Of a DNA stretch of 61,537 bases, positions 1-8,508 are shown in pieces. Each line of letters opens with the position of its first letter. Within the stretch, counting starts at the first letter, position 1. The notes under the pieces were generated by a model, which saw nothing but the letters and a program-made list of their open reading frames with translations, was not told the origin of the DNA and did not search any database. Position numbers and translations under genes: made by a program. The DNA comes from Formosa sp. (GTDB taxonomy: Bacteria; Bacteroidota; Bacteroidia; Flavobacteriales; Flavobacteriaceae): positions 1-61,537 of the forward strand of contig NZZM01000032.1 in NCBI GenBank assembly GCA_002698705.1. The letters are read 5' to 3'.

Positions 1-64
1 ATAATTCTTGAATTGTACATAAATTAATTATTCGAATTGTTAGACAAATATAAACTTTATAAAG

Positions 65-103
65 TGTCAGTTTGTCATATTTAACAAATTGGTACTCTTT
101 TTG
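65..103 (+). promoter_or_regulatory. Putative sigma54 (-24/-12) promoter TGGTAC-N5-TTG with upstream TGTCA-N3-TGTCA direct repeat, upstream of htpG
   Basis: tgtca-gtt-tgtca (65-77), 12 bp spacer, tggtac-tcttt-ttga (90-104); same architecture upstream of grpE. Confidence 0.7.
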
Positions 104-145
104 AATAAAATGTTTCAAATAAATCTATAAATAAAAAACAAAATT

Positions 146-2059
146 ATGAGTAAAGGAACCATCAATGTATCGGTAGAGAATATTTTTCCACTAATAAAAA
201 AATTTCTGTACAGTGACCACGAAATCTTTTTACGAGAACTAATAAGCAATGCCACAGATGCCACTTTAAAACTCAAACACTTAACCAACATTGGAGAAGT
301 CAAAGTAGATTATGGCACGCCAAAAATTGAAGTAAAAATTGATAAAAAAGCCAAAAAACTACACCTGATAGACGAGGGGATTGGTATGACATCTGAAGAA
401 GTTCAAAAATACATAAATGAAGTAGCATTTTCTGGTGCAGAAGAGTTTTTAGATAAATACAAAGATAAAGTAGAAGATGCTGGCATAATCGGACATTTTG
501 GTTTAGGCTTTTACTCCGCCTTCATGGTAGCAGAAAAAGTTGAAATTATCACAAAATCCTATAAAGATGCTGATGCTGCACATTGGATTTGTGATGGCAG
601 CCCAGAATATAGTCTGAAAAAAGCAAAAAAAGAAAAGCGTGGAACTGAAATCATATTACACATTGCTAAAGACTCTAAAGAATTCCTTGAAGACAATCGT
701 ATTACTGAATTGTTAAATAAGTATAATAAATTCATGCCAATTCCAATTAAATTTGGAACCAAGGAGATTAATGACCCTGATCATAAACCTGAAACTGTTA
801 CTGATAAAGACGGAAAAGAAACTACGGAGCCACAGCGTAAATTGACTGTTGATAATATTATCAATAATCCAAACCCTGCTTGGACTAAAACACCATCGGA
901 ACTCAAGGAGGAAGATTATAAAGGGTTTTATAGAGAGTTATATCCAATGCAGTTCGAAGAACCCCTTTTTAATATCCATTTGAACGTTGATTACCCATTT
1001 AATTTAACTGGGATTTTATATTTTCCAAAGTTAGCTAACGATATAAACATCCAAAAGGATCGAATTCAATTGTATCAAAATCAGGTGTTTGTCACAGATA
1101 ATGTAGAAGGTATAGTGCCAGAATTTCTGACCATGCTACGCGGTGTGATTGACTCTCCAGATATCCCTTTAAATGTATCTCGTTCGTATTTACAAGCAGA
1201 TGGTGCAGTCAAAAAGATATCATCTTATATAACCAAAAAAGTAGCTGATAAACTAAAGTCATTGTTTAAAGATAATCGAGAAGATTTTGAGGCCAAATGG
1301 AATGACATTAAAATAGTGATCGAATATGGGATGCTATCAGAAGAAAAATTCTTTGAAAAAGCAGAGGCATTTAACCTATTCCCAACTGTGGATGGTAATT
1401 ATTATACTTATGATGAACTGTATAATAAAATCAAGGCCAAACAAACAGATAAAGATGATAAATTGGTCATTTTATACGCTTCCAATTCGGAAGAACAACA
1501 CAGCTATATTGAGGCTGCCAAAGCCAAGGGTTACGAGGTTTTATTGCTAGACTCACCAATTGTTTCCCACTTGATTCAAAAGCTGGAAGGCAGTAAAGAA
1601 AAAATTTCTTTTAGTCGTGTGGATGCTGATCATTTGGACAAACTCATTTCAAAAGAAGAAAATAACATCTCCAAATTAACTGAAGATGAAAAAACAACTT
1701 TAGATACCCAGTTAAAAGAGGTTATTTCATCTGAAAGATTCATAGTGCAATTAGAAGCAATGGATAGCAATGCTGCACCATTTATGATTACCCAGCCTGA
1801 ATTCATGCGCCGCATGAAAGAAATGCAACAAAGTGGTGGCGGTGGCGGTATGTTTGGAATGGGTAATATGCCTGAGATGTACAACTTGGTTGTGAACACC
1901 AATTCTGAACTCGTAAATCAAATCTTGAATACCAAAACAGCTAAAAAAAGAGAGCGATTAATCAATCAAAGTCTAGATTTAGCACAACTCTCACAAGGTC
2001 TTCTCAAAGGAGAAGCGCTTACAAATTTCATCAAAAGAAGTTACGAGATCATTAAATAA
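146..2059 (+). CDS. htpG: Molecular chaperone HtpG (Hsp90)
   Basis: FLRELISNATDA, IIGHFGLGFYSAFMVA and GVIDSPDIPLNVSRS Hsp90 motifs. Confidence 0.97.
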   Translation: MSKGTINVSVENIFPLIKKFLYSDHEIFLRELISNATDATLKLKHLTNIGEVKVDYGTPKIEVKIDKKAKKLHLIDEGIGMTSEEVQKYINEVAFSGAEEFLDKYKDKVEDAGIIGHFGLGFYSAFMVAEKVEIITKSYKDADAAHWICDGSPEYSLKKAKKEKRGTEIILHIAKDSKEFLEDNRITELLNKYNKFMPIPIKFGTKEINDPDHKPETVTDKDGKETTEPQRKLTVDNIINNPNPAWTKTPSELKEEDYKGFYRELYPMQFEEPLFNIHLNVDYPFNLTGILYFPKLANDINIQKDRIQLYQNQVFVTDNVEGIVPEFLTMLRGVIDSPDIPLNVSRSYLQADGAVKKISSYITKKVADKLKSLFKDNREDFEAKWNDIKIVIEYGMLSEEKFFEKAEAFNLFPTVDGNYYTYDELYNKIKAKQTDKDDKLVILYASNSEEQHSYIEAAKAKGYEVLLLDSPIVSHLIQKLEGSKEKISFSRVDADHLDKLISKEENNISKLTEDEKTTLDTQLKEVISSERFIVQLEAMDSNAAPFMITQPEFMRRMKEMQQSGGGGGMFGMGNMPEMYNLVVNTNSELVNQILNTKTAKKRERLINQSLDLAQLSQGLLKGEALTNFIKRSYEIIK

Positions 2060-2076
2060 TAGTATTTATAAATTTT

Positions 2077-2109
2077 AAAAAAGGCGGTTCCTTAAGAACC
2101 GCCTTTTTT
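2077..2109 (+). terminator. Rho-independent terminator after htpG
   Basis: aaaaaaggcggttc-cttaa-gaaccgcctttttt perfect inverted repeat with T tract. Confidence 0.9.
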
Positions 2110-2186
2110 GTTAGTTATATGTGACTTTAAAACTGATGTATTTGCAAAAATTTAGAACTTATACTAAATTACATAAAAAATAACGG

Positions 2187-2786
2187 ATGCTTTTTCAATC
2201 TAAAAAATCTGTAACTATTCCTCTAAAAGATGGAAGTGTTTTTTACGATCCTTGTTTTTTTAAAGCCAAAAAAGCAAACCAATACTTTGAAATCTTAAGA
2301 AATGAAATCAAGTGGCAGCAAGACGATATCAAAATTTTCGGGAAAACATATCCTCAACCCAGACTCACCGCACTTTATGCAAATAACGACAAGCCTTACC
2401 GCTATTCAAACATCACAATGCACCCCACAAAATTTTCAGCTGAGTTGTTAGAAATTAAATCTCAAGTTGAAAAATATGCACTTTTAGATTTTACAAGTTG
2501 CTTGCTTAACTTATATCGAGATGGGCAAGACAGCAATGGTTGGCATGCCGACAATGAAAAAGAATTGGGTAAAGATCCAGTGATTGCATCTGTAAGTTTT
2601 GGAGCCGAAAGACTTTTTCACATGAAACACCGCCATAATAAATCTCACAAATTAAAACTAAAACTAGAAAACGGAAGTTTATTGATAATGCGAGGAAGTA
2701 CCCAACACCACTGGCTGCATCAAATACCTAAAACTAAAAAAAAGATTGAAGAACGTATCAACCTAACATTTAGAATTATAAAATAA
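2187..2786 (+). CDS. alkB: AlkB-family 2-oxoglutarate/Fe(II) dioxygenase (alkylated DNA repair)
   Basis: LLNLYRDGQDSNGWHAD (HxD), distal His in HWLHQIPK, RINLTFR. Confidence 0.9.
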   Translation: MLFQSKKSVTIPLKDGSVFYDPCFFKAKKANQYFEILRNEIKWQQDDIKIFGKTYPQPRLTALYANNDKPYRYSNITMHPTKFSAELLEIKSQVEKYALLDFTSCLLNLYRDGQDSNGWHADNEKELGKDPVIASVSFGAERLFHMKHRHNKSHKLKLKLENGSLLIMRGSTQHHWLHQIPKTKKKIEERINLTFRIIK

Positions 2787-2842
2787 AACCTATAAGAAAG
2801 GCTAAGCAAATCATGAAATGCATTGACGCTAAGGACTCTTTT

Positions 2843-2876
2843 AAAAAAGGAAAAAGCATCATTAGAATGATGCTTT
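2843..2876 (-). terminator. Intrinsic terminator, minus-strand oriented
   Basis: aaagcatcatt-ag-aatgatgcttt inverted repeat; the extended U tract (ttttt cc tttttt) is on the minus strand. Confidence 0.75.
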
Positions 2877-2928
2877 AACCACTAACCAACCAAAATATAT
2901 TACTAACAAAAAATTAAATAATATATTT
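2843..2928 (-). ncRNA. Candidate sigma54-dependent small RNA (~85 nt)
   Basis: Lies between a sigma54-like promoter (2938-2951) and a minus-strand terminator (2843-2876); 10-bp 5' hairpin 2893-2902/2919-2928; no ORF. Confidence 0.55.
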
Positions 2929-2937
2929 ATTGTTAAA

Positions 2938-2951
2938 CAAGTACCGTGCCA
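2938..2951 (-). promoter_or_regulatory. Putative sigma54 promoter TGGCAC-GGTAC-TTG
   Basis: Reverse complement of caagtaccgtgcca matches TGGCAC-N5-TTG(C); GC-containing motif in an otherwise very AT-rich spacer. Confidence 0.7.
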
Positions 2952-3124
2952 GAATTTGATTTTTATTTATTTATGATGACTTTTTAGTTTTTGTAAAGTT
3001 TGATTATTGATTATGGAACTATTAGACTTTAACTTATTCAGAGCAAAACAATTTTTATAAGCCATTACTTTAATTATTATATTTACAAAGACTGAGCAAA
3101 TTCACGGTAAAAAAATAAGATTGT

Positions 3125-4441
3125 ATGCTAGATACTTCTCCACTTTTCACAAACGATTCCATTGTCTTTGGGTTCCTTATGGTGGCCATTGCATTCATTT
3201 TTTACACAGAATCAAAAACCTCAGGCTTTTGGTATAAATTTTATAAAATATTTCCTGGACTTTTTATAGCTTATATGCTACCCGCTGTTTTCACGACGCT
3301 TGGTTGGATTGCACCAGATTGGGAACGCATTACGAATTCTGGGAATTTGGTGGCTGAAAGCAGTCAATTGTATTATGTCGCAAGCCGTTATTTATTACCA
3401 GCAGCCTTAGTACTTATGACCTTGAGCATTGATCTTAAAGCAGTATTTAACTTGGGCTGGAAAGCACTCATAATGTTTTTTACAGGCACATTGGGCATTG
3501 TCGTTGGTGGGCCGATTGCAATCTTACTCATTGCAACTGTTTCCCCGGAAACTGTAGGAGGTATTGGCCCAGATGCAGTTTGGAGAGGGTTATCAACACT
3601 GGCAGGAAGTTGGATTGGCGGCGGTGCTAATCAAACGGCTATGTTAGAAATTTACGGATACAATCCTAAGCTTTACGGAGGTATGGTGTTTGTGGATATT
3701 GTAGTAGCGAATATATGGATGTCTATTTTGTTAATTGGAATTGGCAAACGAAAACGCATCAATAAATGGCTAAAAGCCGATACTACAGCGATTGAGGATT
3801 TAAAACAAAAAGTATCTGCATTTTCAGAAAGTGTGAAAAAAAATCCAAGCCTTACGGATTTGATGATCATGTTAGGAATTGCTTTTGGAGCGGTTGGTTT
3901 TGCCCATTTCTCAGCTGGATATTTAGCGCCTTACTTAAATTCACTTGTAGAAAGGATTGCATCCGAAACTTTAAAAAATATATTTACTTTTTTGGGATCG
4001 TCTTTTTTCTGGATGATCAGTATAGCTACGCTTATTGCCATTGGACTGTCTTTTACCAAAGCAAAAAATTACGAAGGTTCAGGTGCCAGTAAGTTCGGTA
4101 GTGTTTTTATCTATATCCTAGTTGCAACTATTGGAATGAAAATAGACTTAAAACTTATTTTTGATAATACTGGACTGATCGCTATTGGAGTGGTTTGGAT
4201 GTGCATTCATTCGCTGCTTCTCATTTTGGTAGCTAAACTTATAAAAGCTCCTTATTTTTTCTTAGCAGTCGGTAGTCAGGCCAATGTGGGTGGAGCAGCT
4301 TCGGCTCCCATTGTAGCTGCAGCTTTTCACCCTTCATTGGCTACAGTAGGGGTTTTATTGGCTGTTTTTGGTTATGCTATTGGAACCGTAGCAGCCATTG
4401 GATGTACTATTCTGATGACTTTGGCCGCTGGTACAGCTTAA
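3125..4441 (+). CDS. DUF819 family integral membrane protein
   Basis: Multi-TM protein; GSWIGGGANQ and GSQANVGGAASAP motifs. Confidence 0.85.
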   Translation: MLDTSPLFTNDSIVFGFLMVAIAFIFYTESKTSGFWYKFYKIFPGLFIAYMLPAVFTTLGWIAPDWERITNSGNLVAESSQLYYVASRYLLPAALVLMTLSIDLKAVFNLGWKALIMFFTGTLGIVVGGPIAILLIATVSPETVGGIGPDAVWRGLSTLAGSWIGGGANQTAMLEIYGYNPKLYGGMVFVDIVVANIWMSILLIGIGKRKRINKWLKADTTAIEDLKQKVSAFSESVKKNPSLTDLMIMLGIAFGAVGFAHFSAGYLAPYLNSLVERIASETLKNIFTFLGSSFFWMISIATLIAIGLSFTKAKNYEGSGASKFGSVFIYILVATIGMKIDLKLIFDNTGLIAIGVVWMCIHSLLLILVAKLIKAPYFFLAVGSQANVGGAASAPIVAAAFHPSLATVGVLLAVFGYAIGTVAAIGCTILMTLAAGTA

Positions 4442-4461
4442 AAAAATAATTATATTTATAA

Positions 4462-5157
4462 ATGCAAAAAATTTACTCTCTATTCTTAATTATCGCTTTG
4501 CTAGGTTGCAACGAAATGCCAGTTAATAACACAGTCGTTAATGGCATTGTAAAAGGACTTCAAAAAGGAACGCTTTATTTACAAAAATTTCAAGATACTG
4601 CCTATGTAACGATAGACTCAATTTTTATAAAAGGAGAAAAAGAATTTCAGTTTACTTTTAAACTTGAAGAGCCGGAAATGCTTTACCTAGGACGTTCCGA
4701 GTCTTTGGATACAGAACGCATTCCATTTTTTGCTCACATAGGAACAACAACTATAAACACCACTTTAAAACGCTTTAGTTTTGATGCTGAAATTGATGGA
4801 GGCCCGCAGCAAAAAATACTAGAAGATTATAACGCCAACATTGAGCGATTTAAAAACTTAGACTTAGAATTGTTAGAAAATCTATTGAACGCACAACTAA
4901 TCAATGATACAGCTAAGGTAGAGCAAACGAAAAATCGACGGGCTACAAATCTTAAGCGTCAGTACTTATATAGCATAAACTTCGCAGTTAATAATACATC
5001 AAGTGAAATAGCACCTTATATAGCCTTGGCAGATCTTTACGATGCCAAAAAAAGTTATTTAGATACAATTTATAATAGCTTAAGCCCAGCTATAGCTGGT
5101 TCCAAATACGGAGTGATTTTTAAAGATTTCATTGCAGATTTAGAATCTGCAGAGTAA
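4462..5157 (+). CDS. DUF4369-domain lipoprotein
   Basis: Lipobox-like LLGC; GIVKGLQKGTLYLQK N-terminus typical of Bacteroidota DUF4369 proteins. Confidence 0.7.
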   Translation: MQKIYSLFLIIALLGCNEMPVNNTVVNGIVKGLQKGTLYLQKFQDTAYVTIDSIFIKGEKEFQFTFKLEEPEMLYLGRSESLDTERIPFFAHIGTTTINTTLKRFSFDAEIDGGPQQKILEDYNANIERFKNLDLELLENLLNAQLINDTAKVEQTKNRRATNLKRQYLYSINFAVNNTSSEIAPYIALADLYDAKKSYLDTIYNSLSPAIAGSKYGVIFKDFIADLESAE

Positions 5158-5161
5158 AACC

Positions 5162-5428
5162 TTAGAGTTTATTAATTTTTTCAATCATCGCTCGGCCTTT
5201 TGTTTCAAGCTCAGTAGTGATACTTTTAAAATGTACTTTCTGAGCTTCAATATTTTTCACATTCACCTTTTTGATTAGAGAGTCGAAAGTAGCAATGGCT
5301 TCATCAATAATGGCTTCGCTTTTTTTAGTATCTTTAGTTGGATTTGCATTTTCCCATATGTAAACCGCTTCAATGATATCCCCTAGAACATAATTGATGT
5401 CTTTCTTTAAATTTCTAATATTTGCCAT
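5162..5428 (-). CDS. Conserved small Bacteroidota hypothetical protein
   Basis: 88 aa helical protein MANIRNLKKDINYVLGDII; own TAGATTTG promoter at 5448-5455. Confidence 0.8.
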   Translation of the reverse strand: MANIRNLKKDINYVLGDIIEAVYIWENANPTKDTKKSEAIIDEAIATFDSLIKKVNVKNIEAQKVHFKSITTELETKGRAMIEKINKL

Positions 5429-5447
5429 AATTGAATTTTTTATAGTG

Positions 5448-5455
5448 CAAATCTA
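5448..5455 (-). promoter_or_regulatory. Bacteroidota -7 promoter element (TAnnTTTG)
   Basis: Reverse complement TAGATTTG, about 20 bp upstream of the start at 5428. Confidence 0.6.
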
Positions 5456-5487
5456 CACCAATTTTAGAGATATAATACAGATAAAAA

Positions 5488-5898
5488 TTATTTTCCGGAA
5501 TAGGACACAAAATTCCTTGGGGTCTCATATAGCGTTACTTCCAAATCCAAATCATCTTCTAAAACGACTTTGAGTTTGTTATAAATAAAAATGACAATAT
5601 TTTCTGCGGTTGGATTTTTATGTTTAAACTCTGGGACTTCTAAATTCAAATTTTTATGGTCCAAAGTATCTTCAATTTCTGATTTTATAAAATCTTTTAA
5701 GATTTTCACATCTACGACATAACCTGTCTCGGGATCAACCTCACCAGTGACACTTACAATCAATTCGTAATTATGTCCATGGTAATGAGGATTATTACAT
5801 TTCCCAAAAATGGCTTCATTTTTTTCATCACTCCAATTTGGGCGGTATAAACGATGGGCAGCATTAAAATGGGCTCTACGGCTAACTGTTACTTTCAT
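5488..5898 (-). CDS. queD: 6-carboxytetrahydropterin / 6-pyruvoyl-tetrahydropterin synthase
   Basis: AAHRL, CNNPHYHGHNY, DHKNLN, PTAENI, LYETPRN motifs. Confidence 0.88.
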   Translation of the reverse strand: MKVTVSRRAHFNAAHRLYRPNWSDEKNEAIFGKCNNPHYHGHNYELIVSVTGEVDPETGYVVDVKILKDFIKSEIEDTLDHKNLNLEVPEFKHKNPTAENIVIFIYNKLKVVLEDDLDLEVTLYETPRNFVSYSGK

Positions 5899-6419
5899 GA
5901 TTTATGATTTAAGTGAGTGTAAAATTTTTGAAATATAATTTTGAACCAAGCGGTGTAGCGTTCAGGTTTTAATGAAATATCATATTTAATAGCTTCAACT
6001 GACATCCATTTCCAAGATTTAACTTCTTTCTTGTTAATGACTGGGTCATTTTCGTAGAAACCTGTCATCACATGATCAAATTCATGTTCTGTCAGGCCAT
6101 TGTCAAAAGGTACTTTATAAATAAAAGAGGTTACTACATTTAAGGCCGTTGTAAATCCCATTTCTTCAGCTAATCGTCTGGTACCGGCTTCAACATTAGA
6201 CTCTCCATTACGTTGGTGGCTGCAGCAAGTATTGGTCCATAAAAGGGGAGAATGGTATTTATGTGCTGCACGCTGTTGTAGCATCAATTCATTTTTTGAA
6301 TTAAAGATAAAAACTGAGAAGGCACGGTGTAATGCTGCTTTTTCATGGGCTTCCATTTTAGGCATTAAGCCAATTTGCTCATCCTCTTCATTCACTAAAA
6401 TAACCTGTTCTTCAACCAT
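5895..6419 (-). CDS. idi: Isopentenyl-diphosphate delta-isomerase, type 1
   Basis: LHRAFSVFIFN, WTNTCCSH, EHEFDHV motifs. Confidence 0.95.
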   Translation of the reverse strand: MVEEQVILVNEEDEQIGLMPKMEAHEKAALHRAFSVFIFNSKNELMLQQRAAHKYHSPLLWTNTCCSHQRNGESNVEAGTRRLAEEMGFTTALNVVTSFIYKVPFDNGLTEHEFDHVMTGFYENDPVINKKEVKSWKWMSVEAIKYDISLKPERYTAWFKIIFQKFYTHLNHKS

Positions 6420-6539
6420 TGTGCTAAATTATCAACTAATTTTACATTTTGTATTAATTAAATGCTAAAATGCTGTTTTTAAATTTTACTAAATTATCAT
6501 TATGCACATTAATTGCATCATATCTTAATTTGATAGTGC

Positions 6540-6547
6540 TATATTTG
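6540..6547 (+). promoter_or_regulatory. Bacteroidota -7 promoter element for prfC
   Basis: TATATTTG 17 bp before the ATG at 6565. Confidence 0.6.
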
Positions 6548-6564
6548 CCAAAAAATTATTTTCA

Positions 6565-8151
6565 ATGTCTTTTAGTAGTGAAATCCAACGCCGACGCACC
6601 TTTGGAATAGTATCACACCCAGATGCTGGTAAAACTACACTTACCGAAAAACTACTGTTATTTGGAGGGGCCATACAAGAAGCTGGAGCTGTTAAAAGTA
6701 ATAAGATTAAAAAAGGGGCTACCAGCGACTTTATGGAAATTGAACGTCAACGCGGGATTTCTGTAGCCACATCTGTTTTGGCCTTTGAGTACAATGGAAT
6801 CAAAATTAATATTCTTGATACCCCCGGTCATAAAGATTTTGCTGAAGACACCTTTAGAACGCTCACGGCTGTAGATAGTGTAATTGTCGTAGTCGATGTG
6901 GCTAAAGGAGTTGAAGAGCAAACAGAAAAACTAGTTAAGGTTTGTCGCATGCGGAATATCCCAATAATTATATTTATCAATAAATTAGACCGTGAAGGAA
7001 AAGATGCTTTTGATCTTTTAGACGAAGTGGAACAAAAATTAGGACTAAAAGTCACTCCTTTAAGTTTTCCTATTGGTATGGGTTACGATTTTAAAGGAAT
7101 TTATAATTTATGGGAAAACAATATTAATCTATTTACTGGAAACAGTAAAAAGAAGATTAATGATACGCTTGAAATTTCAGATTTGAACGACTCAAGACTA
7201 AATACTATCTTAGGAGATTCTGCTTCAAAAATATTGAGAGATGAAATTGAATTAGTACGCGGAATTTATCCAAAATTTAACAAAGAGATTTACCAAGAAG
7301 CTAATTTACACCCTGTATTTTTTGGATCTGCCCTCAACAATTTTGGTGTCAAAGAATTATTGGATTGTTTTATAGATATTGCACCCATGCCCCGACCAAA
7401 AGCAAGTGAAGAGCGTTTGGTATGTCCTGAGGAAGATAAATTTTCTGGATTTGTCTTTAAAATTCATGCTAATATGGATCCAAAACATCGCGATCGCTTA
7501 GCCTTTGTAAAGATTGTCTCAGGAACATTTAAACGTAATACGCCTTATTTGCATGTTCGCCAAAATAGAAAATTAAAGTTTTCAAGTCCCAATGCTTTTT
7601 TTGCTGAAAAAAAGGAAATTATAGATATTTCATATCCTGGCGATATTGTAGGACTTCACGATACAGGTAATTTTAAAATTGGTGATACGCTCACCGAAGG
7701 AGAAACTTTAAATTACACAGGTATTCCTAGTTTCTCACCGGAGCATTTTAGATATATTAATAATGTAGACCCCATGAAATCGAAACAGCTCTCTAAAGGA
7801 ATTGATCAATTGATGGATGAAGGCGTTGCACAGCTATTCACCTTGGACCTGAATGGTCGTAAAGTTATTGGAACTGTAGGTGCCCTACAATATGAAGTGA
7901 TTCAATACCGTCTAGAACATGAATATGGTGCTAAATGCAGCTATGAAAATTTAAACATTCACAAAGCGGCTTGGGTAGAGCCTGAAGACATGAAGAGTGA
8001 AGAGTTCAATGAATTCAAGCGGATTAAGCAACGCTTCCTAGCTAAGGACAAACTAGGCCAGTTGGTATTTTTAGCCGATTCAAAATTCTCATTACAAATG
8101 ACCGAACAAAAATACCCATCAATTAAATTTCATTTGAACTCAGAATTTTGA
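6565..8151 (+). CDS. prfC: Peptide chain release factor 3
   Basis: RRTFGIVSHPDAGKTTLTEKLLL, DTPGHKDFAEDTFRTL. Confidence 0.97.
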   Translation: MSFSSEIQRRRTFGIVSHPDAGKTTLTEKLLLFGGAIQEAGAVKSNKIKKGATSDFMEIERQRGISVATSVLAFEYNGIKINILDTPGHKDFAEDTFRTLTAVDSVIVVVDVAKGVEEQTEKLVKVCRMRNIPIIIFINKLDREGKDAFDLLDEVEQKLGLKVTPLSFPIGMGYDFKGIYNLWENNINLFTGNSKKKINDTLEISDLNDSRLNTILGDSASKILRDEIELVRGIYPKFNKEIYQEANLHPVFFGSALNNFGVKELLDCFIDIAPMPRPKASEERLVCPEEDKFSGFVFKIHANMDPKHRDRLAFVKIVSGTFKRNTPYLHVRQNRKLKFSSPNAFFAEKKEIIDISYPGDIVGLHDTGNFKIGDTLTEGETLNYTGIPSFSPEHFRYINNVDPMKSKQLSKGIDQLMDEGVAQLFTLDLNGRKVIGTVGALQYEVIQYRLEHEYGAKCSYENLNIHKAAWVEPEDMKSEEFNEFKRIKQRFLAKDKLGQLVFLADSKFSLQMTEQKYPSIKFHLNSEF

Positions 8152-8190
8152 ATTAAAAAAATTTCAAGTAATAAAACGGGATTTTTTTGT

Positions 8191-8505
8191 TTATGCTTGA
8201 CCTGTAGGTCCAAAATTAAGTGGCATAGGTGGTTGCTCATAATCTTTGATCTCACCATGAGCCTGTTCAAAACGTTTGACATTTTCTTGCAGAGCTTTAG
8301 TTAAGCGCTTAGCATGTTGTGGAGTTAATATAATTCTTGACTTAACCTTGTTTTTAGGAATCCCAGGCATTATATTAACAAAGTCTACTACAAACTCAGA
8401 TACACTATGGTTTATAATTGCTAAATTTGAATAAATTCCTTCAGCAACAGAAGCATCAAGCTCGATATTAATTTGGGCTTTATTTCCTTTCTTTATTTCA
8501 CCCAT
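8191..8505 (-). CDS. DUF3467 family protein
   Basis: GIYSNLAIINHSVSEFVVDF and SRIILTPQHAKRL; directly downstream of rpoC as usual in Bacteroidota. Confidence 0.88.
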   Translation of the reverse strand: MGEIKKGNKAQINIELDASVAEGIYSNLAIINHSVSEFVVDFVNIMPGIPKNKVKSRIILTPQHAKRLTKALQENVKRFEQAHGEIKDYEQPPMPLNFGPTGQA

Positions 8506-8508
8506 AAA

